From Gemmatimonadales bacterium (GTDB taxonomy: Bacteria; Gemmatimonadota; Gemmatimonadetes; Gemmatimonadales; GWC2-71-9): a DNA stretch of 23,444 nucleotides. How positions within the stretch are numbered: position 1 is the first letter of the stretch; each line of letters starts with the position of its first letter. The stretch is taken from the NCBI GenBank assembly GCA_041577295.1, contig JBFGJG010000060.1:1-23444 (forward strand), given 5' to 3'. Position numbers and translations under genes: made by a program. Of this stretch, positions 7,924 to 16,127 are shown one piece after another. Below the pieces are notes generated by a model. That model saw only the letters and a list, made by a program, of their open reading frames with translations. It did not search any database and was not told where the DNA came from.

Positions 7924-8558
7924 CGCGCACCTCCTTTCGCCATTCCGATCATCCCCTCGATCCCCTCTGTTCCCTCGACGCCCTCAGTCGTATCCGAATC
8001 CACTCGCTCACGCCCGTGACGAAGCGTGATAACCATCCAGATGAGTTCGTCGAGAAAGTTGTCTACTCGCTCGACGAACGCCGGTTGCAGGAGCTTGCCC
8101 GACTCGTCAAACACCTTGCTAATGCTGCCGAAGTACACATCGGTGAAGATGGTCATGAGACCGAGTTCCCGGAGCACCGGCAGGGTATTCTGAATCACTC
8201 TGGCACCGCCAAACGCTCCTGCCGACACACCCACGATGCCCGCCGCCTTGTGGATGTACTCCTCGAGGCAGCTGTCGAGGACGTGCTTCAACAGGCCAGG
8301 AAAGCTGTGGTTGTACTCCGGGATCACGAGCACCATCCCGTCCGCGCGCTCCATCTTGGCGGAGAATGCCGGATCTTTGATCTGATCGCCCGCACCATCC
8401 ACCGGGAGTGGCACGGTGGCAATGTCGATCAGCTCGGTGATCACCCCCTCCCGCCCAGCCAACCGCTCATGCACAAATCGCGCGGGGTGCACACTCATGC
8501 GTCCCTGGCGCGTTGTGCCGAGGATGACCGGGATGCTCAATGGCTTGTTTGCTGGCAT
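7920..8558 (-). CDS. NAD(P)H-dependent FMN reductase (flavodoxin-like fold)
   Basis: ILGTTRQGR, PEYNHSFPGLLKHVLD, SAGAFGGAR. Start at ATG8558 with RBS GAGGAA. Confidence 0.92.
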   Translation of the reverse strand: MPANKPLSIPVILGTTRQGRMSVHPARFVHERLAGREGVITELIDIATVPLPVDGAGDQIKDPAFSAKMERADGMVLVIPEYNHSFPGLLKHVLDSCLEEYIHKAAGIVGVSAGAFGGARVIQNTLPVLRELGLMTIFTDVYFGSISKVFDESGKLLQPAFVERVDNFLDELIWMVITLRHGRERVDSDTTEGVEGTEGIEGMIGMAKGGAR

Positions 8559-8592
8559 GGATGTTTCCTCGTTAATGAATGCCGCTTCCAAT

Positions 8593-8630
8593 TCTCCCGC
8601 CTCCAATCCCACCTCTCCCGCCTCCAATCC
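8593..8630. repeat. 17-bp direct repeat TCTCCCGCCTCCAATCC x2 (period 21, 7-bp substructure)
   Basis: Exact copies at 8593-8609 and 8614-8630 in the spacer between the VOC and FMN reductase genes. Confidence 0.8.
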
Positions 8631-9685
8631 TATCTCTCAATCACTCTCATCACATGCCCATCGGCATCCCGCACCAGAAAGGCCTTGCGGAATCCCAAGG
8701 TATTCTCTGGTATCTCGACCACCCCAGGTGACACGAAGCGAAATCGTGCCTGTCGCAGCCGCGCAGCTGCACCGCTGGCGTCGGCGACGACCAGGGTGGT
8801 CTCCCAATGCATGATATCGCTCGCACGTTCGTCGAGGGGCATCGGGCGTCCATCGCCGGGAGTCAAATACTCGAGAAACTCGATTCCGGGCCCCTCAGGT
8901 GCGCGGAGGCCCGTGATCCGCAAACGCGCCCCAAACACCGCATTCAGACGCTCCTGTTCGGGACCATAATTTTCGCTCTCACCCGCCACCCGAAAGCCCA
9001 GCCCATCGCGATAGAATTGCAAGCTCGCATCGGTGTCGCTGACACCGATCGCGGTGTGATCGATTCCCAAAAACAATCGATCGGTTGGCCGTTGCCACTT
9101 CGGATCACCCTTCCCCAGCGGGAACCAGATGATCTCGAGCACGTGTCCATCGGGATCGCGGAAGTAGAAGGCCTCGATCCCGCCGGCGTTGGGGTTCCAG
9201 TCGGGCAAGCGCTGTGGTCCCGACGACACGTGTCGAACGTTGTGCTCTCTGAGCACTGCATAGGCACGATCCATGTCGCTGACGACAATGGCGATGTGTT
9301 GGAACCACCGGTCGTTGCTCCGGGCATCCGCCGGGAAGGGCCGCCCCTCCGGTGCGAGATAGTCGGTGAGCTCAATGATTTCGTTGCCGAGTCGGAGCCT
9401 CGCGATACGCATCCGGACCGGGAACACACCCGTCAGCTGCTCGTAGCGATCTCCCGCCACTTCGACGTCGGAGATCTTCTCGAACGCGAGGACCCGCGTG
9501 AAGAATTCGACAGATCGATCCATGTCCTCGACGGTGAATCCCACTGCGGTGACCGCTTGAACCTGTCCGTTGAGCGATGGAACGCCAACGTGGCGCTCGG
9601 CAGTCTGGCCTAGCGCCGTGACGGGCCAAAGAAGCGCAACGGCGAGTGCGAGCCAAACACGTGCGCGATAGGTGACGAGCGTCAT
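8630..9685 (-). CDS. VOC/glyoxalase-family protein, two domains, with signal peptide
   Basis: FQHIAIVVSDMD, YFRDPDGHVLEI, IDHTAIGVSD, VRDADGH. N-terminal RARVWLALAVALLWPVTALG. Confidence 0.9.
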   Translation of the reverse strand: MTLVTYRARVWLALAVALLWPVTALGQTAERHVGVPSLNGQVQAVTAVGFTVEDMDRSVEFFTRVLAFEKISDVEVAGDRYEQLTGVFPVRMRIARLRLGNEIIELTDYLAPEGRPFPADARSNDRWFQHIAIVVSDMDRAYAVLREHNVRHVSSGPQRLPDWNPNAGGIEAFYFRDPDGHVLEIIWFPLGKGDPKWQRPTDRLFLGIDHTAIGVSDTDASLQFYRDGLGFRVAGESENYGPEQERLNAVFGARLRITGLRAPEGPGIEFLEYLTPGDGRPMPLDERASDIMHWETTLVVADASGAAARLRQARFRFVSPGVVEIPENTLGFRKAFLVRDADGHVMRVIER

Positions 9686-10527
9686 ACGGTCGACTCCCGA
9701 ATCATGTCGAGGCCAAATGCGTCGGTTGATGGTGTTGCCGTCACTGGTGCCTCATACCCGCAGTGGAAGATGCAACGCTTGTCGTTGTCATGGTGCAACT
9801 TTGCGCACAGCACCCGGTGCGCTCCGCGGAACCGAACGTACACATCGGCTGCGAGCAACATGCCCAACGCAGGAGCGACGAAGTAAATCCACAGGGCCGT
9901 CCATATCTGGCCGGGAACGGCGGAGCCCAGCGTGCGGGCGGGGTTCATGCTCATGCCAGAGAACGGCTCTTCCAACGCGATGTAGGTCGCCACGAGCACG
10001 CCGGCGATGAGACCGGTGTAACGCGCCAGCTTCTTGGCGTTCGTCGCAATGAGGATCGCGAGCATGAGACCAAATGCGATCACCATCTCGGCAGCGAATG
10101 CGACCGCCAGTCCTTGCTGACCTGGCACGGTCGCGACGTAGTTGACCGGTGGATTGGCGAACACGGGGCCAAGCGCTGCAAGCACGATCAGCACCCCGGC
10201 AATGGCGCCCAAGAACTGAGCGGCGACGTAAAACACGGCATCCCACGGCGCAATCTTGCCGAGCCGGAAGAACGTCAAAGTCACAGCCGGGTTGATGTGT
10301 GCGCCCGATCGCATACCCCACGGCGAGTAGATTATCAGCACCGCCGTGACCCCCATGATCGAGCCCATGATCACTCGTCGCATGGCCGCATCCGGGATCG
10401 CTTGATGTACTGGTGACCCAGGGTAGGCCAGCAGGGTTCCGAAGAAGCCGGCAGACAACATGAAGGCACCCAACCCGGCTGCCTCCATGAGGTACTCCGG
10501 CCAATGCGTCCGTAGGCTCTCGATCAT
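9682..10527 (-). CDS. MIP-family aquaporin with a Cys/His-rich C-terminal tail
   Basis: Two NPA boxes (SGAHINPAVT, SMNPARTLG) and several hydrophobic helices. ATG10527 overlaps the upstream stop. Confidence 0.93.
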   Translation of the reverse strand: MIESLRTHWPEYLMEAAGLGAFMLSAGFFGTLLAYPGSPVHQAIPDAAMRRVIMGSIMGVTAVLIIYSPWGMRSGAHINPAVTLTFFRLGKIAPWDAVFYVAAQFLGAIAGVLIVLAALGPVFANPPVNYVATVPGQQGLAVAFAAEMVIAFGLMLAILIATNAKKLARYTGLIAGVLVATYIALEEPFSGMSMNPARTLGSAVPGQIWTALWIYFVAPALGMLLAADVYVRFRGAHRVLCAKLHHDNDKRCIFHCGYEAPVTATPSTDAFGLDMIRESTV

Positions 10528-11642
10528 GAACTCGCGCCGTTGCGGCTGACGTTCACAAAGACCTTGATCGCGTCTCTCGCCTCGGTGAGCAGTCGAATCA
10601 TCTCGCCATAGTTCTCCAGTCCCTCCACCGGGTGCGTGAGCAGTCGCGACGCCCAACCCGGCCAGTGCGACTGCGCCAGCGCGAGATCGGCCACACCCTG
10701 CTCGAAATCGACCCGCGCAGCGTTGACGCTGCCCACCACCACTTTATTGCCGAGCACGAAGCTCTGCAGGATGTGATCGGCGTGCACAGCATCGGCTTTC
10801 CGATCGCCACCAGCGATGCCCGTGAGCACCAGCACACCGTTCTTGCCAAGACGCTCCATCGCTTCGAACACGAGGGGACTAAAGCCTGTTGCCTCGACCA
10901 TCAGGTCGATGTTGCCCAACTCGCGTGCGACCTCCTTGAGCGATTGCTCTTTCGCGCTCACGTACCGCGCACCGATCGCTTCCGCGAGCGTGGCGTTTTG
11001 ATTTGGCTTTGGTGCAAGCGCATATGTGACAACTCGAAGCCCCCGCACCCGCAGCGCCATCGTCGCGAGGAGACCCAGGGGGCCAGCGCCAAGGACGACG
11101 GCCGTCCGTGGCCGCCATACCCCCAACCGCTCCTGGATCTTGTAGCACTGCCGGATCGCCTTCTCGGCAACCGAAGTGGGTTCCAGGAGCACACCGATGG
11201 GTTCCAATGTAGAGGGAACCTTGATGGCGTAATCAACGTGGTCCACCACACGCTCCGTGAGGTAGCCGTGTCGTAGGCTGATACCACGCTCGTAGTATGT
11301 GTCCGAGGTGGTCATGTCCTGGTAGCCGATCGTGTCGTACAGCGAGTTGCCGGGACGACGGACCATGAACACCACGTAGTCGCCCGGCGCAAACTCGGTC
11401 ACATTCTGGCCCACTTCTTCCACCACGCCAAAGCTCTCATGTCCCAACACCAAGATGTCAGACCCTGGAGGCGCTGCGCCGTACTCGGCCGAGTTGATTT
11501 CACGATCCGTCGCGTCAACACCCACGCGAAGGATTCGTGCGAGCACACCCCGTCCGTCGGACACGTCGCTGAGCTTCGGCTCGGCGACGTTCGCGAGGTG
11601 AATGCTGTTCGCCTTACCGGGATAAACTGCGATCGCTTTCAT
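10524..11642 (-). CDS. Zn-dependent glucose 1-dehydrogenase-like protein (MDR superfamily)
   Basis: GVDATD, LGHESFG, VRRP, ERGI...HGY, GVLLEPTSVAEKA, VLGAGPLG, VLGNKVVVGSVNA. Confidence 0.88.
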   Translation of the reverse strand: MKAIAVYPGKANSIHLANVAEPKLSDVSDGRGVLARILRVGVDATDREINSAEYGAAPPGSDILVLGHESFGVVEEVGQNVTEFAPGDYVVFMVRRPGNSLYDTIGYQDMTTSDTYYERGISLRHGYLTERVVDHVDYAIKVPSTLEPIGVLLEPTSVAEKAIRQCYKIQERLGVWRPRTAVVLGAGPLGLLATMALRVRGLRVVTYALAPKPNQNATLAEAIGARYVSAKEQSLKEVARELGNIDLMVEATGFSPLVFEAMERLGKNGVLVLTGIAGGDRKADAVHADHILQSFVLGNKVVVGSVNAARVDFEQGVADLALAQSHWPGWASRLLTHPVEGLENYGEMIRLLTEARDAIKVFVNVSRNGASS

Positions 11643-13210
11643 GCGAGCCTTTCCAACAGGTGATCACCCACCCGTAATGCGTTAGCGATGATCGTGAGCG
11701 CTGGGTTGACCGCGCCACTCGATGGGAAGAAGCTCCCGTCAACCACGTAGAGATTGTCGAGCTCGTGCGCCCTACAGTTCCCGTCGAGCGCCGAGCTCTT
11801 GGGATCGATGCCAAAACGAATCGTCCCATTCTGGTGTGCGACGCCCGCCAAGGGAATTCGCTGACCCAGGAAGAGGTTTCTGGCGAACAGACCCACGTGA
11901 CAGTCATGTCCGTGCTCGGGACACTTGGTCTGCTGCTGCATCATCGATTCCAGTTTCTTGATCAGGCGCTTGTGCCCTTCTTCGTTGTTCGGCTTGTAGC
12001 TAAGGACGATCTTTCCGTTGCGGTCGACCGTGACCCGGTTATTGGGATCGGGCAGATCTTCCGATGTGAGCCAGAAATCCAACGAGTGCTTGGCCATCAA
12101 CTCCAGCGTGAAGCCCGGAGCGATCGCCGGCGCGCCTGCCTTGAGCGTTTCACGATCGAGCTTTCCAACGAAGGAGATGTGTCCCATTGGGTACTGCCAC
12201 TCTTTGGACCCGAAGTAGAAATCGTTCACGGAAAGGGTCTTCTGGAAGATCGTGGGGTTGGGACACCGCGAGATCGCCATCAACACCGAATTAATGTGTC
12301 CCATGTAATGACGTCCCACGACGTCCGAGCCGTTCGCCAGCCCGCGTGGATGCTTGTCGCTTGCCGATCGCAGCAGAAGGGCTGCTGAGTTGATCGCGCC
12401 ACACGCCACCACAACCACATCTGCCGTATAAGACTCCCGCGCACTGCCCCGCTCCACGTGCACCTTTGTCACCTCGTGGCCTGATGCGTTTGTCTCGAGG
12501 CGTGACACGTACGCGCCGGTGAGCAACGTCACGTTGGGGTGGGCCAGCGCCGGATCGACGCAAATCACCTGAGCGTCCGACTTTGCCATCACCAAACAGG
12601 GAAATCCGTCACACGTGTTGCACCGGATACAGCGGCTCGTACGAGGATTGCGCTCGTCCAGCATCACGCCAAGCGGCGTATGGAAGGGCTTGAGGCCCTG
12701 CCGAGCGAAATCGTCGCTCAACTGCTGCATGCGGGGCTCGTGGCTCACAGACGGATGCGGATACGGACTCGAAGACGCGGGCTCGGTCGGATCTTCCCCC
12801 CGCTCCCCGTGAACCTGGTAGAGCCGTTCGGCCTCCGTATAGTACGGCTCGATCTCTTCGTAACTGAGGGGCCACGCTGGAGAACATCCCCCATGATGCC
12901 TCAGCTCGCCAAAGTCCTCTCTGCGGAGGCGGAACAGCGCGGCGCCGTAGAACTTCGTGTTACCACCCACCCAGTAGTTGGTATGTGGGTGGAGCTCTTT
13001 GCCATCCTTATCCCACCACGTTTCTTTCGCCTGGTATTTCCCTTCCGCGTTGACGGCTCGCGGGTCCCAGTTGTCCTTCTCGCGAGGGACGTAGTCGCCA
13101 CGCTCCAAGACCAGTATCCGTTTGCCGGACGGTGCGAGGCGGTAGGCCAGCGTGCCTCCGCCGGCGCCCGTCCCGATGATGATCACGTCATAGTGCGTGG
13201 AGTGCGGCAT
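11639..13210 (-). CDS. GMC-family FAD oxidoreductase
   Basis: DVIIIGTGAGG, VGGNTKFYGA, ACGAINSAALLLRS, AHQNGTIRFG, NLYVVDGSFFPSSGAVNPALTIIANALRV. Start placed at ATG13210. Confidence 0.93.
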   Translation of the reverse strand: MPHSTHYDVIIIGTGAGGGTLAYRLAPSGKRILVLERGDYVPREKDNWDPRAVNAEGKYQAKETWWDKDGKELHPHTNYWVGGNTKFYGAALFRLRREDFGELRHHGGCSPAWPLSYEEIEPYYTEAERLYQVHGERGEDPTEPASSSPYPHPSVSHEPRMQQLSDDFARQGLKPFHTPLGVMLDERNPRTSRCIRCNTCDGFPCLVMAKSDAQVICVDPALAHPNVTLLTGAYVSRLETNASGHEVTKVHVERGSARESYTADVVVVACGAINSAALLLRSASDKHPRGLANGSDVVGRHYMGHINSVLMAISRCPNPTIFQKTLSVNDFYFGSKEWQYPMGHISFVGKLDRETLKAGAPAIAPGFTLELMAKHSLDFWLTSEDLPDPNNRVTVDRNGKIVLSYKPNNEEGHKRLIKKLESMMQQQTKCPEHGHDCHVGLFARNLFLGQRIPLAGVAHQNGTIRFGIDPKSSALDGNCRAHELDNLYVVDGSFFPSSGAVNPALTIIANALRVGDHLLERLA

Positions 13211-13241
13211 GTTATGGCTCTCTATGGTTGATCGTTGTCCG

Positions 13242-13300
13242 GGGGCAGCAGCGTGCAACGAGGCGGTTTGCTATAGCTCGTGGCGGGTTGCTGCTGCCCC
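13242..13300. other. Intercistronic stem-loop
   Basis: Perfect 11-bp inverted repeat GGGGCAGCAGC / GCTGCTGCCCC with an inner ACGAG/CTCGT pair. Confidence 0.65.
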
Positions 13301-13310
13301 TCGAAAGTCA

Positions 13311-14048
13311 CTACTTGCTACCCATCATCATCGGCTGCGGCGTCACGGTCACACGAACGACTTCGCCAACTTTGGGATATGTGAACTGATCCTTGACGAG
13401 CCGGACGATGCCGTGCTCGGTGGCTCCGGTATTCGGGCCAGCCTGACGAGGAGCCTGATCCGGTCCGAGACCTGGCTCCTGATTGACTTCGGTTCCGGCA
13501 TCCCACAGCACTAGTTTGGACGTGATGTTTCCCGACAGGGCCTTCCCGTTGCTGTCGAACAGGGCGATGCCCTCGCCGACAGGGGCGTAAAACAGATCGT
13601 TCGACTGCCCAAACATGAACGCGAGCGTCAGCCTCTCGCCCGGTGAAGCCGTGAACTTCATCTCGAACACCTTGCCGGGGAGCGCCGGCCCCGGCTCCAT
13701 GTCACCCACCGGGATGGCCACAGCGCCGACCTTCACGATTCCCGCCTTACCCTCGAGTGCCGTGGCGAGCTTCGATGGATCGCCTTCCTCGGCGAGCGAC
13801 TCGAGTCCGTGACCCCGATCCTTCTGGCCATCGGTAAAGACCGGATCCTTCCCGGTATGGACGACCCACAGCACCGGAGCAGTTGGGGCCGGCGCCGTCT
13901 CACCGTTTGAGAGCTTGAGCGTACTGGTCGTCGACACGTTCTCGACCCGAACGGTGAATTCGGTTGCGTGGTCACGGTGCGCGCTCTGCGCGATTGCTGG
14001 AACCGGCGCGGCCGCGATAAGCAGCCCCACAGCTATCGATCGATACAT
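13311..14048 (-). CDS. Secreted Spondin_N-domain protein
   Basis: Signal peptide (AVGLLIAAAPVPAIA), GLESLAEEGD, MFGQSNDLFYA, LWDAGTEVNQEPG. RBS GAGGAG. Confidence 0.85.
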   Translation of the reverse strand: MYRSIAVGLLIAAAPVPAIAQSAHRDHATEFTVRVENVSTTSTLKLSNGETAPAPTAPVLWVVHTGKDPVFTDGQKDRGHGLESLAEEGDPSKLATALEGKAGIVKVGAVAIPVGDMEPGPALPGKVFEMKFTASPGERLTLAFMFGQSNDLFYAPVGEGIALFDSNGKALSGNITSKLVLWDAGTEVNQEPGLGPDQAPRQAGPNTGATEHGIVRLVKDQFTYPKVGEVVRVTVTPQPMMMGSK

Positions 14049-14084
14049 CTCGTGTTCTCCTCAAGAAGTCGCTGGTATTGAACG

Positions 14085-14582
14085 TTAGGACGCGGGCCCG
14101 AGCGGCGCCGTGCCAAAGTTGACGCTGAACCGCCGGCACCACACGGTGACCGCGCGGTACTTGGTCAGATCGAGATCCATGGGGACATCGTAGTTCTGGT
14201 CACCGATGTTTCCTTTCATGGCGCCCAGGTTCACGAACCCCGCCTTGCTGACGGTCTCGTTCTCGGTCACGTCGTTCGCGGCCACGAAGTAGATCTGTAC
14301 GTCTGGACCGTTAGAAGTCTCGAACTCAGTCAAACGCAACACCAGCCGCCCATCCGCATAGCGGTAGATCGTTGCCTTGCCCTTCGTCTCGTGGGCATTG
14401 CTGTGAAATTGCCCCGCGAGCACCGGCATGGGGGCATCCACTGACGCCGCCATCGACGCGGCGGCCTCCGGAAGATCCTCGCTCACCGTCCTATTGATGA
14501 AGAGCCGCTCGGGGCGAAAGGCCCACCAGGCACCGGCCACCACCACCACCGCAGGAATCAAAATCAAGGCACGTCGCGACAT
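14085..14582 (-). CDS. DM13-domain protein with an N-terminal membrane anchor
   Basis: HETKGKA, FETSNGPDV, LGAMKGNIGDQNY, YRAVTVWCRRFSVNFGTA. RBS GAGGAG before ATG14582. Confidence 0.9.
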   Translation of the reverse strand: MSRRALILIPAVVVVAGAWWAFRPERLFINRTVSEDLPEAAASMAASVDAPMPVLAGQFHSNAHETKGKATIYRYADGRLVLRLTEFETSNGPDVQIYFVAANDVTENETVSKAGFVNLGAMKGNIGDQNYDVPMDLDLTKYRAVTVWCRRFSVNFGTAPLGPAS

Positions 14583-14664
14583 CGAATCACTCTCCTCGTC
14601 AGATGAAAATCGTTCAGGAAGGGGGATCGCTCGTCGTGGCCAGCTTACCCCCACGCCGCGCTAC

Positions 14665-14691
14665 AATGCCACCCCCCGGGAATCGGTTCCC
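14665..14691 (-). promoter_or_regulatory. Putative ECF promoter P5, GGGAAC-N16-GCATT (drives the redox operon)
   Basis: Minus strand GGGAAC 14691-14686 and GCATT 14669-14665. Confidence 0.8.
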
Positions 14692-14721
14692 ACCGGTCCG
14701 GCCCGGGTCACGTCCGCCGGC

Positions 14722-14749
14722 GGGAACCCACTCACCGGTGTCGAGCATT
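14722..14749 (+). promoter_or_regulatory. Putative ECF promoter P6, GGGAAC-N17-GCATT (drives GT4-GH57-GH15)
   Basis: GGGAAC 14722-14727 and GCATT 14745-14749. Confidence 0.72.
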
Positions 14750-14833
14750 TGGGAGACGTGCCGACGCCTTACGCACTTACGGCAAGAGAATCCAGGATCT
14801 TACCGTCACGTGAAAGGAGTACCGTAGCGCCCG

Positions 14834-16051
14834 ATGCGGGTATTGATGTTTGGGTGGGAGTTCCCCCCGCATCAGGCCGGCGGGCTCGCCACCGCCACCC
14901 ATGGCCTCGTAAAGGGCCTGCTCGGGCGGCGAGTGGCCGTGACGCTGGTGGTGCCCTTCCCTATCGCGGAATCACCGCTACCCACACTACGGCTCGTGTC
15001 GGCCTCGGGCCGGACCACGTTCACACGACTGCGCATCCCAACACCGGCCCTCCCGTACACGTCCGGCGGAGAGTACTTGCGTGACGTCCGCCGAGAGCTG
15101 GAGGGACCACGGGGGGTCACCGTATACGGAAAAGACCTGTTCGCGGAGGTAGATCGCTTGGCCGCTGTTGCCTCGGACATCGCCGCTGCTGAGCCGCACG
15201 ACGTCATTCACGTGCACGACTGGATCACCTATCGCGCCGGGCTCGCGGCGCGACGCGTCTCAGGCAAACCACTCGTGGCGCACATTCACGCTACCGAATT
15301 CGACCGGGCAGGCGACGGCGCAAACCAGGAAATCGTACACCGAGAGTGGGAGGGGATGAGTGAGGCGGACGCTGTGATCAGCAACAGCGGCGTTCTCAAG
15401 CGTCAGGTGGTAGCTCGATATCGGATACCCGATGAAAAGGTTTCCGTCGTGCATTGGGGCGTCGACCACACGCATGAGACGTGGATCGGCCGGGCCAACC
15501 CGCTTCCCTCGAGCCCGCCGCTCGTCCTCTTCTTGGGAAGGGTGACCTGGCAGAAAGGGCCGGATTACTTCATCGAGGTCGCGAGACGCGTCGCCAACTT
15601 CGTCCCGGACGCCCGCTTTGTGGTGGCAGGCACGGGCGACATGCTCCCGTGGCTCATCGAGCGCGCCGCCGCGTTGGGGTTGGCAAAACAAGTCTTCTTC
15701 GCCGGCGCGGTTCGAGGCGCCGAGGTCGACCGCGCATTTCGCATGGCCCGCGTCTGCATCATGCCGTCCGTGAGCGAGCCTTTCGGACTGGTCGCGCTGG
15801 AGAGCCTCCGAAGCGGAACGCCGTGCATCATCCCGCGAACCTCGGGGGTCGCAGAGGTGGTGCATAACGCGTTCAAGGTCAATTTCTGGGACGTCGATGA
15901 GATGACGAACAAAGTGGTGGGGATTCTGAAGTACCCGGAGCTCCACCGAGAACTGAGTCATCGGGGGCTGACGGAGCTCCGCGCTCCCCGGTTCTCACTC
16001 GACGAGGCGGCGCGACTGACAGAGACGGTTTACCGAAGCGTCACGGGATAG
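14834..16051 (+). CDS. Glycosyltransferase family 4 (glycogen-synthase-like)
   Basis: MRVLMFGWEFPPHQAGGL, IHVHDW, HIHATEFDR, FLGRVTWQKG, PSVSEPFGLVALE. Confidence 0.93.
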   Translation: MRVLMFGWEFPPHQAGGLATATHGLVKGLLGRRVAVTLVVPFPIAESPLPTLRLVSASGRTTFTRLRIPTPALPYTSGGEYLRDVRRELEGPRGVTVYGKDLFAEVDRLAAVASDIAAAEPHDVIHVHDWITYRAGLAARRVSGKPLVAHIHATEFDRAGDGANQEIVHREWEGMSEADAVISNSGVLKRQVVARYRIPDEKVSVVHWGVDHTHETWIGRANPLPSSPPLVLFLGRVTWQKGPDYFIEVARRVANFVPDARFVVAGTGDMLPWLIERAAALGLAKQVFFAGAVRGAEVDRAFRMARVCIMPSVSEPFGLVALESLRSGTPCIIPRTSGVAEVVHNAFKVNFWDVDEMTNKVVGILKYPELHRELSHRGLTELRAPRFSLDEAARLTETVYRSVTG

Positions 16052-16105
16052 ATCTGCCTCCTCTGACTCCCCGGAGGAGACGCAGAAGAGGCAACAGAGG
16101 CAGAT
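16052..16105. repeat. Inverted repeat containing degenerate 9-bp units
   Basis: ATCTGCCTC (16052-16060) / GAGGCAGAT (16097-16105), with GCAGAAGAG-GCAACAGAG units inside. Confidence 0.55.
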
Positions 16106-16127
16106 TCATCAATACGGAGTCCATACC

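Noticed and set aside
7809..8969. 386-aa plus-strand ORF
   Set aside because: Antisense to well-supported genes, with no recognisable motifs; a typical high-GC shadow ORF.
11897..11923. CPEHGHDCH as a c-type haem-binding motif
   Set aside because: The spacing is CX6CH rather than CXXCH, and the protein has no signal peptide.
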